Positions 12,050 through 25,940 of a stretch of DNA of 64,000 nt are shown piece by piece. The stretch is from the human T2T-CHM13v2.0 reference genome, Homo sapiens: the NCBI RefSeq assembly GCF_009914755.1, contig NC_060935.1, one strand, 5' to 3'. The notes beneath the pieces are model-generated. The model did no database searches. It saw only the letters and a program-made list of their open reading frames with translations, and had not been told where the DNA came from. The translations under genes and the position numbers were made by a program. How positions within the stretch are numbered: position 1 is the stretch's first letter; each line of letters opens with the position of its first letter.

Positions 12050-15000
12050 TGCCCTAGGGGGAACTGAGAAGAGCTCTGGGCTAGTGGCTTAATAGGAGAA
12101 GGAGGTGGTTGTTTCCTGTAGAAGATACTTTCATCCCCTAGACATGGGACTCATGACTGAACAGCACCTAGAAGTCCTTTAAACTTAAGATGTGAGACAC
12201 CATAGAGCCTCTTACATCTGGACACGCATCCCAATCTAACTTACATTTCAATTTACCATCCTCATAAATCCTGACCACTACTTTTGGTTATAATATTGTC
12301 CAATGTGTTCAATTCTGTTTTGCCTCCATTTATGGTATTATATTTGCTTCTAATTAGTGGCATCTCCTTTCTGGGGCCATGCAGAAAGGTCATTATTAAT
12401 TCATGCCTGATTTTCCCAGAGGTTCTGGTCTTGGCCTTTGCCAAGAACAGCAGTTGTTTTGTCCTTACTGATGCACATGTTCTATGATCAGTCACATAGA
12501 AAGGTTGCACTCAAGTTGTGTCTGACTTTGCTATGGCCTTCCAGGATTGCTTATAATGGGTTAAACTGTCCTAAAATTGCTCCAGTTATAAGCAATCTTG
12601 TTCTCATGTTAGTAGATGGCATTTCTTCATGTCGCAGCTACGAGGGCTCTTCCTTTGGGTTGAGAAGCCCTTATATACCACTAGGTTGGGATATGCATAA
12701 AATTAGATTTTCATTTGTTTATAACTTCTTTTGAATCTTCCTCTCTCCCAAAGGAGAGGGAGTGGAATGAGTCTTTTCACATGTGGTTCATTTGAAGTTT
12801 TACCATTGTTGCCCTTTAATTATTGGTACAGTTAATTAAAAAGAACAGTGGTTTTAGAGCCTCATTGTTTACTAGAGATGGCTAATTGATGTTTTACTTT
12901 CTGTGATGGTTAATGTTATGTGTCAACTTGACTGGGCCATGTGGTGCCCAGAAATTTGGTCAAACATTATTCTGGGTTTTTCTATGAGGGAGTTTTTGGA
13001 TGAGATTGACATTTAAATCAGTAGACTGAATAAAGCAGATTTTCCTTTCTAATGTGGATGAACCTCATTCAATAGACTGAAGCCTGAATAGAAGGCCTTT
13101 GAACTGAGAAATTGGCTTTTTTTCTGCTTTTGGACTTGAGCTGAAACATTGACTTTCTTGGGTCTGAAGCCTACTGGCCCTCAGACACAAACTATACCAT
13201 CAGCTTTCCAGGGTCTCAGACCTACTGGACTTTGGAATGGAACTAAACCATTGGCTCCCTTGGGTCTCCGGCTTGCCCACTCACTCCACAGATCTCAGGA
13301 CTTGCCAGCCTTCATAATCATGTGAGCCAATTCCTTATAACAAACACATACTATTGGTCCCGTTTCTCTAGAAAACCCCGTATAATACACATACCTCTTA
13401 TTTGATCCCTGATATCATCTCCATGATTAGGCAAATCGTAGCAGGTCCACTCCAGTGATATGCTGCCATTTATCTAACTGAGAGAGCCTTCACTATTTCT
13501 TCCCACCCCAACCACTAGCAATGGTGTATCTTTACTTGGTAATCTCTCCAGTACATGTTCACTGTCCTGTCCTTTGTCACCCTATAGTTCAATGAAACCT
13601 TTTGTCTCTCAGTCTAACTCCCACTCTATTTCAGGAGTTGTCCTGAGGCAGCATTTTGATGTGTCCTTGTTCGGGGACCATTTGATAATCTTCATGAGTG
13701 CATCTCACAAGGACAGATAAGGAGATGGCTTCTTGGAGGATGGCTTCTTTGGCAGTCTAAAGTCCAAGTTCCCAGCTCCGCTGTCTGGGCCCTTGTCAAG
13801 GTGCTGCGGATGATGCTTTCAGGACTCTAGGCAAAAGTGCCACTGCAGGTGTCCTTTTATACGTAGGAGATTCAGCACCTACTGATATTGTTTGATGGTA
13901 CATTTTCATTTCTAATCTCAGCCTCTTGCAGATACCCAATCCACCAGGTTTCACATATACCTTCTACCTTTGAGTGGAGGTCCAAGCAACAAGGGGTCTT
14001 GAGTTGGAGCAGAGGCTGGTGCAGTGAGATCTGTTTTGATATCCTATTACTCTGACTGCACATTACACTGCAGCACCTTCTACGGCACCCATGTAGACAC
14101 ATATGCCTTCTGGAGCTTCTGGTAGTTTGTTTCTTCCAGGCTCCAGAAATGATCCCTGGACTTCTGAGCAAGCAAACTGCTGCGATCAGTCTTTATTTAG
14201 ATGGTCTCCTGTGGAAAATCAACTTTTAGCTGCTTATAGAGATCTGATTAAAATCAAGCATCTCTGTGATGACCATCTATGTAAGAAAAATATCAAAACC
14301 ACATGTACCCTAAATTTTGTTTACTTGAGTTCTGTTCTATCTGGAATAAAATAATCTTGCCCATGCCACAGGTGACTGTATTTAGGTGGATGTGGTATAT
14401 CTGGACAGTGGCATCTCCTTGTAGATACCTTCTACTCCTATGTGGTGGTGATGAGCTCTCCCCTAACTAGGAGTATGGTGACCTCAGGGATGCTGGTTCT
14501 AATTTCCCTTTACTTTATAGCTAGCCATGACTTTTAAGTGAGTGAGGAAGCCACCTGACTGGGTTCACTGATGGCTCAGTGTGATACAAGTAACTGAATA
14601 GAGCATGGGGGCAACTCTGCATTATCCAGCCCTGAGAGATTTCCACATGAGTACATGAGACGGGTCCCTCATTCTAGTAGGATGAGCTAGGGGCTCTCTA
14701 TATGGTTATTGCCAAGGTTATCTACTTGTACATTCCCTCCGTCTCCTGCTAAATCACTTTTGGATTATGGATAATGGCCTCATTCACTGGTCTTCTCAGT
14801 GGGGAGACATTTCTCATTAAGGCCAAACTGCTTTGGCTGAGACACCTGTGGAAAGAGATTAAGCTGACTGGATAGGGTCAGCATCTAAATCTATTATGAT
14901 GCTAATCACCAGAAAGGCTCTTCCTCTTGCTATGTGGATATCATGGCTCAAGTTGTTTTACTCTCAGTCCTGACCCTTGTGTCCCTAGCACAGGTAGGCA

Positions 15001-15848
15001 GTGGCAGTAACTGCCAGGGGTCCCCTCTTCCTAGTTGTTATGCAAATCCCTTTTCTTTTGCACCAGCTATCAGCAATATGGGCTTTTTGAGAGTCCCTTT
15101 TGTATGACTATATCAATTAGATGTTGGCCTGTTAACTATATGAGACTCTTCCCTTTTTGTCAGGGCAAAAAAATGTCTACTGACCCTGGAGGACTGTTAC
15201 TCTGGGGTTGAGATTCCTTTCTGTTTCGTTTGTTTGTTAAGGAGGCAGCAGCTCCCTCTGTTTTCAGAGATATGGCATGTCACATCATGGCCCTGTTGCT
15301 TCTGCCCAATACTGAGCATGAGAGATGGACATTCAGTGGACTTTCTACCTTGCCTACCACCCCCAGTGGCGGGTGGGGCAGTCAGGTGTCACTGAAATAT
15401 GGAGTGGCCTTTCAAGAACCAACCATGTCCCCTTCCCGACTCCATCTTTTTCTCTCTGTGTCCCATCTTGCCCACATAGTAAAAGTCCTAAATGGCCACC
15501 CCCTTTGTGGCTTGGTTTCTTTAGCCACTGAGGTATGCAGGGTGTGGGCTGAAGAGTAGAGAATTGGGCTCATGTTTTTGTAATCTTGTCTTTGACCCAC
15601 ATTTGTATCTATAGCTATGACCTCTCAATAGCCTCTTGGTAGGAATCCTGAGCCTAGAAATGCTACCATAATTTCCCTACATGATACATATATTAACCTT
15701 TTCTGCTTCTTCCTTTTAGGGATATCTCTCCATATTCCACTCTACTCATCCTTCTGTTTTTTGCATTTTGAATATGAGATCGTATATTTTTATTTTTCTA
15801 TGATTTTTACCTTTTCTGCTGTTTCTGTGAATTTAGTAAAGGGGGAGA
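12050..15848 (+). mobile_element. Decayed class III (ERV-L-like) endogenous retrovirus internal region, pro-pol, interrupted by an MLT2 LTR
   Basis: Colinear relic motifs: IPDIISMIRQI (~13405), FTW*SLQYMFTVL (13531-13569, RT), WSPVENQLLAAYRDL (ORF 14103, RT connection), GFTDGS (14561-14578, RNase H), LTLEDCYSG (15180-15206) and IQWTFYLAYHPQ (ORF 15325, integrase), then purine tract aaagggggaga (15838-15848). Many stops and frameshifts; 5' boundary approximate. Confidence 0.85.
12902..13389 (+). mobile_element. MLT2 (ERVL) solo LTR
   Basis: Begins tgtgatggttaatgttatgtgtcaacttgactgggcc; ends tattggtcccgtttctctagaaaaccccgtataataca. Confidence 0.92.
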
Positions 15849-16234
15849 TCTTATCATGTGCTCAGTCTGCCATCATGAATGAACAGGAAGCCAGGTTCCG
15901 CTTTCAACCTCAATTCTCCTTTCTTCATTGTGTAGATCAACTTCTCTCCCTACCCCCTACTCAGATCTGAGCTCCTGTTTATATATGCAAAGACTCATTG
16001 ATGTGCTCTACTAAACAGTAGATTATATATTCCAACTCTTCTCTTTGGCAGCCTGGGATAATTGGCAGAAGGTTTAAAATTTCCATCTTTCCCTTCATCT
16101 TCCCCCATTAATCTCAGCCAGGGGAAGGAAGCTATATAGATTTATATCCTCTCTAATATAAATTATGTCCTCCTAAAAAGGCAGATATAATTGTTTTAAG
16201 TAATTTTTTTTCTCTATTGTAAGTAACAATTGTG

Positions 16235-16430
16235 GAGTGCTTATGTACCAATAATTATATAAAGTAAATTGACAAACATTAGTTCAGTTAATTCTTACAA
16301 CATCCTGAATGTCAGTGTTTCATCTATGTATACAAGTGAGAAAACAGGGACTGAGAGCGGATAAGTAGTTGACTGTCATCTCACACCTACTGAAGGGCAG
16401 AACTGGAATTCAAATTCATGCTTTGTCTGA
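16235..16430 (-). mobile_element. MIR SINE (host of the nested insertions; appears to resume ~17842-17862)
   Basis: taattcttacaacatcctga...tacaagtgagaaaacagggactgagag...ggcagaactggaattcaaattc. Confidence 0.7.
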
Positions 16431-16899
16431 TTTTAGAGTAAACTTTTTCTATAAAGACCCTGATAGTAAATATTTTAGGCTTTGCAGGCCATGTAAGGAA
16501 GGTCTCTTGCACATATCCTTTAATACATCTTTAAAAATGCAAAAACAATTCTCACCTGGTGATTATCAGAAACAGGCCATACCAACAATCATATGAAAAA
16601 AACCTCAACATCACTGATTGTTAGAGAAATGCACATCAAAACCACAATGAGATACCATCTCATATCAGTCAGAATGGCTGTTACTAAAAAGTCAAAAAAT
16701 AACAGATGCTGGTGAGGTTGTGAAGAAAAAGGAATGACTATACACTGTTGGTGGGACTGTAAATTAGTTCAACCATTGTGGAAAACAGTGTGGTGATTCC
16801 TCAAAAACCTAAAGACAGAAATACCACCTGACCCAACAATCTCATTACTGGGTATATACCCAAAGGAATAGAAATTATTCTATTATAAAGACACATGCG

Positions 16900-17279
<380 letters not shown>

Positions 17280-17684
17280 TCAACCTATATGCCCATCAAT
17301 GATAGACTGAATAAAGAACGTGTGGTACATATACATCATGGAATACTATGTAGCCACAAAAAAGAATGAGATCATGTCCTTTGCAGGGACATGGATGAAG
17401 CTGGAGGCTATTACCCTTAGCAAACTAACACAGGAACAGAAAACCAAATACTATGTGTTCTTACTTGTAAGTGGGAGCTAAATGATGAGAACACATGGAC
17501 ACATAGAGGGGAACAACACACAATGGGGCCTGTCAGAGAGTGGAAGGAGGGAGAAGATCAGGAAAAATAATTAATGGGTACTAGGTTTAATATCTGAATG
17601 ATGAAATAATCTGTACAAAAAAGCCCCATGACACAAGTTCATCTGTGTAACAAACCTGCACATATATCCCTGAACTTAAAAGTT

Positions 17685-17705
17685 AAAAAAAAAAAGAAGG
17701 AAGAA

Positions 17706-17740
<35 letters not shown>

Positions 17741-17779
17741 AAAAGAAAGAAAGAAAAAGAAAAAAGAAAGAAGAAGACA
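17685..17779 (+). repeat. (GAA)n / purine-only tract derived from the L1 poly(A) tail
   Basis: ~90 bp of A/G with GAA runs. Confidence 0.95.
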
Positions 17780-18359
17780 AGAAACAGGCCCTGGGCCACA
17801 TTTGACCTGTGGGCCATGGTTTGCCAACCCCTGTTCTAGAGCATCTGCTTTAACCACCATAGCCAGGAGGGGATGGCCAGACAGGGAACAATATCACCTT
17901 GCTGTCCCCATGTCAGCACCATGAATGCCAGGCATGTTGCAGCAATGGTTTAGAGGCAGGCAAAGCCTGTTCTCTTCAAATAGCTAGAATGTCCCAGCTT
18001 TCTGAAATGGGAATTAGGACAATAAGACTGATTTTTTTTGCTTGTTTTTAATCCCCATGTCCCTATCTCCTGGCATTTGTCACACTGAACATTTGAGGCC
18101 CAGGTGAAGAAGCTGTGAATTCTGTGCCACTTTTCTCCTCCAAGGCTCCCGGAAACAACTGCTTTGCTCTTCCTTCTTGCTGAGAGACATATATCATAAG
18201 CCTGTTTGGGGAGAAAAGAAGAGGTCAAAAGGGTAATAACTAGAGTTGGGGTCTTCGCTTCCTCATTGTTCTCAATCAATAGACAGATAATTATTTAATG
18301 TTTGTTATGGAACATAAGGGAGCCCATTTGGTAGGCAGGTAATAGGTTAGAGCTTAGAG

Positions 18360-18660
18360 ATGATAAAGACCTAACATAAGAGAGATTGACAATGGGATGA
18401 CTTTAAGGAAATAACAGGGCTTGGCTGCAGGATATGAAGCATGGACGGAAACCTATTGTGAGAGAGCCAGCCTGGGTGACTGAGAGGATGATGATGCCAC
18501 TAAATAATAGAAAACATCGGGAAAATCTGGAGGGGGAGATGTCAAAGTCTGTACTGGATGAGTTAAGTTTGAGGCTATGTTCACATGCAATTTGACATAC
18601 AGGTTCAGAACTAATGAAAATGGCAGACTAAAGTGTTCTGAATTTAGCCCCAGGACAACT
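18360..18660 (-). mobile_element. L2 fragment
   Basis: cctgggtgactgagaggatgatgatgccacta...ggatgagttaagtttgagg. Confidence 0.55.
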
Positions 18661-18889
18661 TGGACCTACTGGAAAAATTTGTGCCGAGGTGTCTCTTTAC
18701 AAAAGCTTTGTTTAGAAAAATTATTTTGGAGGAGGAAGAGGCCTTGTATATTGTGATGCAACATTTCCTGGCTAGGATATGATGCGAGCTGCAAGCTAAG
18801 GTCATGGCAGTAAGAAAAGAGTGACAGAGAGATCCAAAAGATACTTTGCAGTGAGAATTGCATAAACTTGGAATTAAAATTGAATACGT

Positions 18890-21800
18890 ATTTCTTTAAA
18901 CACACTATTTTCCCCAATATTTTATTTTGAAAAATTCTAAATGGACCATTGGAAAAAAATAGTACAATAAATGCCCATATTCTCTTCACATAAACTTACC
19001 ACTAATTAACATTTTTGCCATATTTACTTGCTTTCTCTCTCTTTAAAGGAAAAAGATTTTCATTATATAACCACATTATAATGATCACTTTAGGACATTT
19101 AATAAAGGCTTCACAGTCTTATCTAATATATAACCCATGTTCAAATGTCTGTGATTTATTCTAACAATGTATTTTATGTTTTTTTTTTTTTTGGTATTCA
19201 ATCAATGGTCAGGTATTGCATTTAGTTTATCATGTCTTTTCAATCTTCTTTAATTTCGAACAGTTTCCCTGCTCTGTTGGTCTTTTATGACAGTGACCTT
19301 TTGAAGAGTCTAGACCAGTTCCTTTGAAGAATGCCTGATGGTTAGGATCTGTCTGAATGCTTCTTCATGATGAAATTCAGGTTAGCATTTTTGGTGGGCA
19401 TAACATATAGATGGGGCTGCATCCTAATAACAGCACCACAGGATGAAGCAGGTAATGTCAATCTGTCCCATTACTGTTGAAGTTAATTAAGTTCCATCAT
19501 TTGGTTAAGCTGGTGTCTGCCAGAGTTTGACATTTTCAAAGGTACTTTTCCTTTTACCTGTTGGGTAACACTTTGAGATTATTTGAATGTCCTAATTTCT
19601 AAAATCCATTCCCATTCACTTAATGTTTTAGCATCCATTGATTATCCTTGCCTGAATCAATTATTACATTGGTGGTTGAAAAACTGAGGTTTTCTAACTC
19701 TGCAATTCTTTTACATTTGCTGGGTAACATTCTTCTGTGGAAAAGAACTTTTCTTCTCCCAGCTTTTGTTTTTTATTATCATTATGAACTCATGGATTTT
19801 TAAGGTTCAATATGTTTTAATCCATTCTTATAATTTTTCTAAGAATTGAGGTATAATTTACATACAGCGCAGTGCCCCAATCTTACATATACTGTCAGAT
19901 GAGTTTGGATAAGCATATACACCCATAGGATTCACACCCTTATCAAAATACAGAACATTTCCAATGCCACAAAAAGTTTCCCCAAGTTCCTTCCTAGTTA
20001 ATCCCTGTACTCATTCAAGGCAATCACTTTTTCATATTAATTTTAATGCCCCTTTCATTCCAAATTTGGTCAATAAGAGCCCCTTTATGCTGGCTTTGGG
20101 CTTTTTTTATTATGCTTCCATCTGTTTTTGAGCAGTCCTAGCTCTGCTGCACACCCGTCTTTTGACTTTACTTATGGTGTTTTTTTGTTTTATATTGTTT
20201 TGTTTTGTTTTGTTTTGCTGTATTAATGTTTATTTTAATGTAGTTAAATAATCTGGTTTGTTTTCATTGCAGCTAGATCTTTAACCCTAGTTAGAAAGCC
20301 TTTCCTCACACCCAGTACCTATACAATTCCATCTTTTACATTTTTTAAAATGTATTTGGAGTTTATTCTGCTGAATGATATGAAGAAAGAAGCCACTTTT
20401 ATCATCTCCTCAAAGATATTTCAGTTGTCTTAATGCCATTTGTTAAAAAGTTTGTCTTTTCCTCAATGATTTGAGATGCCAGGCTTTATAATATACTAAA
20501 CTTCCGTACGTATTTGAGCTATTTCTGCACTTTCCCTTCCAGGCCACTGGCTTGAATTTTCCTTTGTCTAATGTTAGAATCATAATCTTTCTTTCCTATT
20601 ATTTCCATTTGCCTGATATAACTTGTCCATCCCTTTATTTTTAGCATTTTGAATCATTCACTTTAGATGTTTCTTTTGTGTTCACCATTTCTTTGGCTTT
20701 TGATCTTTGAGCCAACTTTCTTTTAATAGACAAGTACATTTATGTTAATTAGCATGACCAACGTTCTCTGCCAACTTTGTCATGTTCTTTTGTTATATTT
20801 ACTGTCAGTATTATGTTGTATTTGCTGTGCTTCTTTCTGTTATCTGTTCTTTGCTTATTTTTCTTTTTGGTATTTCATCATTCATTTAAGAATGTGTATG
20901 GTTGTTCTAGTACATTCTACTTTTTATGGCACCTGCAGTCTCCTTTTCTCATATTTAGGCATCTACTATTTTGTTGTCAGGTTTAAATGTAGTCTTTGAC
21001 TCATCTCTCCTGTCTATGTGACAGTCAATGAATTTATTCTACTTTTTTCTTTATTTTTCACTTTCTCAATAAAAACCTGCATTATATCTACTTTTAAAGA
21101 ACTTTTAGCGTTTGTATTATGGACTCTCACCCTTGCCCCAACCTGGTTTTAGTATTAGAGCAACTAATGTATTTAGTTCTTGCTCTAAATCCTTTCCTTG
21201 ATGTTTTCCAGACACTTCTAACCAGAGGAAGCTTAATTTCTAGTTGATTCTTCAGAAGGGGATTCTGAGTACAGATTTCCCTTCATTCTTGCATGCTAAA
21301 AACCTTTCCTCCAGCCTTGATATTTAAAGGACAGCTTGATTGTATATAAAATCCTTTGCTTACACTTTTTTTTTGAATTTCTTAGAAATACTGTTCAATC
21401 ATTAGCAGAAGTTAAGAAGTCTGACTTCAAATCTTTTCTTCCAATGTCAAGAGTAGAGAAAAAGTTTTAAGTTTGATCAAGATATATGCTTAATGTCTCA
21501 GACTTAAGCATTCCAGTCAATATTCTCAGGCACATGGTGGCTCTTTCAATATGTAGATTCACGTCTTCTTTCATCTAGGGAAAGTTTTCTTTTAATGATA
21601 AGTTTAAATATTATTTCTATTCATTTTTTCTTCTTCAGAGATTTCAATTACATATATTGAATTATCTTTGCTATCTTCTATATTAATCATTTTCTGACAT
21701 TTTTAAAGCACCTTCTTTCCATCATTTTTGTTTTCTTGACTGTTTCATGGCTTTCATTAGTGTCTCATTATATTTTTAGTTAAATATATTCTCCCTTGGG

Positions 21801-23100
21801 CACCTTGTAATTTAGTTTTCATTCTAAGATGATTTTGTCTTTTTCTTCAATTTATTTCCTATGTTTAATTGACTCTTCTTTTTCATCTTTCTGGGAGTTT
21901 TTGTCCAGTTCTGTTCCTAGTATTTGAATTTCTAATTTGAGTTGTTTTTATACGTGCAAGTACGTGCTTAAAGATGTTTAATCCTGGTTAAAGTGTTGTG
22001 TTATAGTTTTCTCCTGCTTCAGGTTGGATTTGGGGGAGAATTTTCACCAACTGAAATATTTTATATCTCATTTTTATTTTTCTTTTTGTGGTAACTTTGT
22101 ACAGATACTGTCTGTCCTTCTCAGTTCATTTTCAAATATTTATTTTCTCAGACTATTTTTTTTTTTTTGAGATAGGGTCTCACTCTGTTGCCCAGGCTGG
22201 AGTGCAGTGGAGCCATCTCAGCCTACTGCAACCTCTGCCTCCCGGAGTTCAAGCGATTCTTGTGCTTCAGCCTACCGAGTAGCTGGGATTACAGGCACAC
22301 GCTGCTACACCTGGCTAATTTTGTATTTTTTAGTAGAGATGAGGTTTCGCCATGTTGGCCAGGCTGTTCTGGAACTCCTGACCTCAGGTGATCTGCCCAC
22401 CTTGGCCTCCCAAAGTGCTGGGACTACAGGAGTGAGCCACTGTGCCTAGCCTATTTTCTCAGACTATTAGTGACAGTTGTATGTAGACAGGGATGTGGGA
22501 GGCTTACCATAATTTTTTTGGTTCGAGAATATCTTCTTATTGAAGTATGAAATGTGATTTCTGTACTACATGGTGCCTTTCACAGGAGACGAGTCAGAGT
22601 GCCTCCTGAGTTGGTGATTCTTTTTTGTTTCCATAGGGCCATTAATTTTAATTTCAATTTCCTGTTCCTTCTTTCCCTTTGCCACTCAGCCTCCCGATGA
22701 TGCTTCTTTGAAGTTATCTTCTTCTCCCTCAGAAGCAGCCCCTTCTTAAGGTCACCATCTTTGGCTCACTGAGCCTCCAAGTCTTGTCCAATAGATTCTT
22801 TAGTAGCCAGAGCTCTGATCCACCAAGGCCCTGGCATAGTCTCATCTCCTTCCGACTCTGGGTGGTATTTTTTTCTAATTCGCTCCACCCTCCCGGGTCC
22901 TTGTTTCCTTCTCCTCTCTGGTACATTTTCCCAATGGCGCTGATGGTTTGGTTTACTTCCAAAACTTGTGCATTTTGGAGTATTCTTGGCTTCCTATACA
23001 TGCTACAGTCTGGGGTTATGACTGGTTTTATTAGGTCTTGTGTTAATTTTTAGATCTTTTTTGGGAGGATATATGAATTGATTTGGATTCAATTAGCTAT
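18890..23100 (-). mobile_element. Composite of old mammalian L1 fragments (L1MC/L1ME, possibly HAL1-like 5' part)
   Basis: T-rich antisense L1 3' UTR, ORF2 and ORF1-like blocks, e.g. aattgaggtataatttacatacag; gacagcttgattgtatataaaatcc; internal boundaries unresolved. Confidence 0.7.
22158..22451 (-). mobile_element. AluS SINE
   Basis: Full antisense Alu; perfect 17-bp TSD tattttctcagactatt at 22141-22157 and 22452-22468. Confidence 0.97.
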
Positions 23101-23769
23101 TGTTATCCTACTGGAAGTTGGAGCGCTCATAAGCTTTGGAATTGGAAATACATGTTAGAGATTACTTAGTTCAAACCCCTCTATTCACAAGTGACAAATT
23201 TAGTTCTAGTAAAAGCAAACAATTTGCCCACTGTTGTACAGGGGCAGACTCAAGACTACTGCTCTATTCCCTCTCTGTCCCATAGCAATAAAATACCCTT
23301 TCAAAATGCAGATAAATTGCAGTATGAGGAGAAATCCCCAAAGTCAGAAGTCTCAAGCATTTCTATACATTTGTTTAGTTAGTATCCTGGCAAGCTACAG
23401 AGAATAGAGGTTGTTCTCCTGAGTTGCTTGGAATTCTAACAGACGCACAAGGAAATATCTCTGGTCCTATTGAATTTTCAAGTCCTGGAGGAAATTGCCT
23501 CCATATTTTTATCTCTGATGGTGCCAGCTCCTAGGGGTAGAGGAAGTGTAGAGGCTCTTAGGCATCTGATCTAAGCTGGAGTTGTGCTTGCATATGGGAA
23601 AGTAGGAAAGAAGAAGAAATAAGAACACAGAATTTTCTCTTATCTTCTCCCCCAGAATTCTTAGAGATTATTTTATCATCATTTTCAGTTGATTCTTATC
23701 TATCTGGCAAAGAAACTGTAAGGAAAAACCATGATGAGTCAAGGCCCAAAACACTGGCTAAGGCTAACT

Positions 23770-25940
23770 TAGTCAACAATAGTAATGGTGGACCTACAGT
23801 GTGCTAGACTGCTGAACTTTGGGAGAAACAGTGAGTTATAAAGCAAAATTTTTGCCCACAAAGAATCCACTGTCTCAGTGAATGAGTTTGCATGCATTAT
23901 ACAAGCAATGTGGTAAGTGCTATATGATGTAAATACAACTAACAAAGAGAGCACAGAGGTGGAAACAATGACTCTGCCTTGGACAGCAGAAGTCTTTGCT
24001 AATGAGGTGGCATTTGAGTTGAAGTTTAAAGAATGAATAAGGGTTTGCTAGGCAGAAAATGCAGAAAAGGCTATTTCATATTTAGTAAACTGGAAGCAGA
24101 TGGGGAATGGTTAGAAGATTAGGCATGGCTCTGTACCAGAGACTAGAATTTAAATGTCCTAGTATATATTGAACTTTAAGTGAAAAGCAATAAGAAGTGG
24201 CAAAGGGTCTTAAGTAGGTCAGTGATGTGATGCATTTTGTGTTTTAGAATGTTGGTTAGGTTGGGAGGGGCATGCCTGGAAGCAGAGAGATGAATTAGGA
24301 AGCTGTAGTCATACAACTGAAGGAAGGCCTGTACCTTGATGGCCTCCTAATGAAGGAGGTCATTGCCTTGATGACCTCCTAATCTCTGTGTTCACTCTTA
24401 TGTACAACCACTGCCAGTTGGAAGTCTATCAGATACCTCAAATTCAACTTGTCCAAACCAAAACTCATCATGTCCTTCCTTGCTCCTTAACATGCATTTC
24501 CTATTTCACATTTTGAGCTCTATAAACTCAGCCAGATGCCAAGGGTCAGCTTCTCCTTCATTCCATACATCCAACAGTCACCAACCCTTAAACAATTCAA
24601 ATTCTTAAATATCCTCTCTCTTGATCCCAATTGCCACTGCCTTGGTGAGGATATGAGGAGCATAATACAGAGTAAAACACTATGTAAGGAGTCAATGGAT
24701 TAGAGGTCTTCATGAGGTTATACAGATTCTGAAATGGGAGTCCTACAGTGTGAAAGGTAGGAGATTATGGCCAGCCAGTGTGATGCTTGGAGCTGAGATT
24801 TCAAAGTCGTACAGTTTTTGTTGATGCTAATGTCTTGGTGTGGCCATGTGAATGAGGGCTGGGTTTGGGGGGTGAACATTATTGTCAGAGAGAAGGAGAC
24901 TAAGAAACTGAGAGGTCATGGTATTGAATGGATCATAAAGAAATGATTCAATTTGTTTATTTTCTATTTCAACCTTCAATCATGTATGTTTTACTCCTGT
25001 TCTGTTTCCTTATCTTGAAAGACTGAGAGTCGAGCCCTAGTACTCCAGAATGTGCATGCATTGGTATGTGTTAGGAATATGTGTGTGTTTGTGTGAGCCT
25101 GGAAGTGGGGGTGATGGTTGGTGGTGGGGTGTGGGTTGAGTGGGCAGGAGACCAGGAGACGCAGGAGAACTTAGGGAGAGGTTAAAGTGGGAAGGGTATC
25201 AGGCAGCATTACAAGTTGCCTGGAGATGGGGAAATAACACATGGAAAAAATAATAAAATGTTAACAAGGACACTCATCTTGTTCACAATGTGGTCTGCTG
25301 CGGAAGTAATTATTGAAACTGTGAATGCTGATGAAATTTTTGAATTAGAGCACAGATAGAAATGAAAGGACTGAGCACTGAGGTCTAAACCTTGAGAAAC
25401 TCCCACACTTAGGGGTGAGGAGCAGGAAGAGGAGTGTTGGCCAAAGATGATGAAGGAGAACCAAGTACCTTCTTTCCAAGGTTAGTGGAGGAGGAAAAAT
25501 AAGCAAGAAGCACCGGTAGTGTTGACAGCACTAAAGGATACAGAGAGACCTTGGGACTTGGTGCCTGGATGCCTGGGGTGGCTTGAGCAGGAACCACTAT
25601 AGCAGAATAGAGCTTGGCAGTAGAGATTCAGGCAGTGGGTGGATGGAGAAGACACGTGGCCAGTAATTGTACCCAAAGGGTTGAGGAACACATCTGTGCA
25701 AAACGGGAGAAACGAGGTGATGCTAAAGAAACACACTTATCAAATGAAGGAGGTTTTGTTGTTGCTGCTTTTTTTTAGTTGTTCACATGAAATCTAAGAA
25801 AACCTGTGTCTATTTGTGTTTCATTCTCTCTGGGTGAGGAGAGGAGGAGCTCAGGAAAGGTGTGTTTTGCAGATAGGAGGGAAGCTTAAAGTGCTCCCCC
25901 CCCAGGTCCTCCATATCCTTGTTAAGGAAGGATGTGAAAA
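23770..25940. mobile_element. Cluster of L2 fragments in both orientations
   Basis: gaggtggcatttgagttgaagttt (-), cctcaaattcaacttgtccaaaccaaaactcatcat (+), ccttgagaaactcccacacttagggg (-). Confidence 0.65.

Noticed and set aside
14103-15531. ORFs with retroviral-like peptide motifs as a possible domesticated gene
   Set aside because: Motifs are scattered across frames with many stops and an LTR insertion, which indicates a decayed provirus.
17628-17924. Poly-Glu/Lys and poly-Ser/Phe ORFs
   Set aside because: Translations of the GAA/poly(A) tract.
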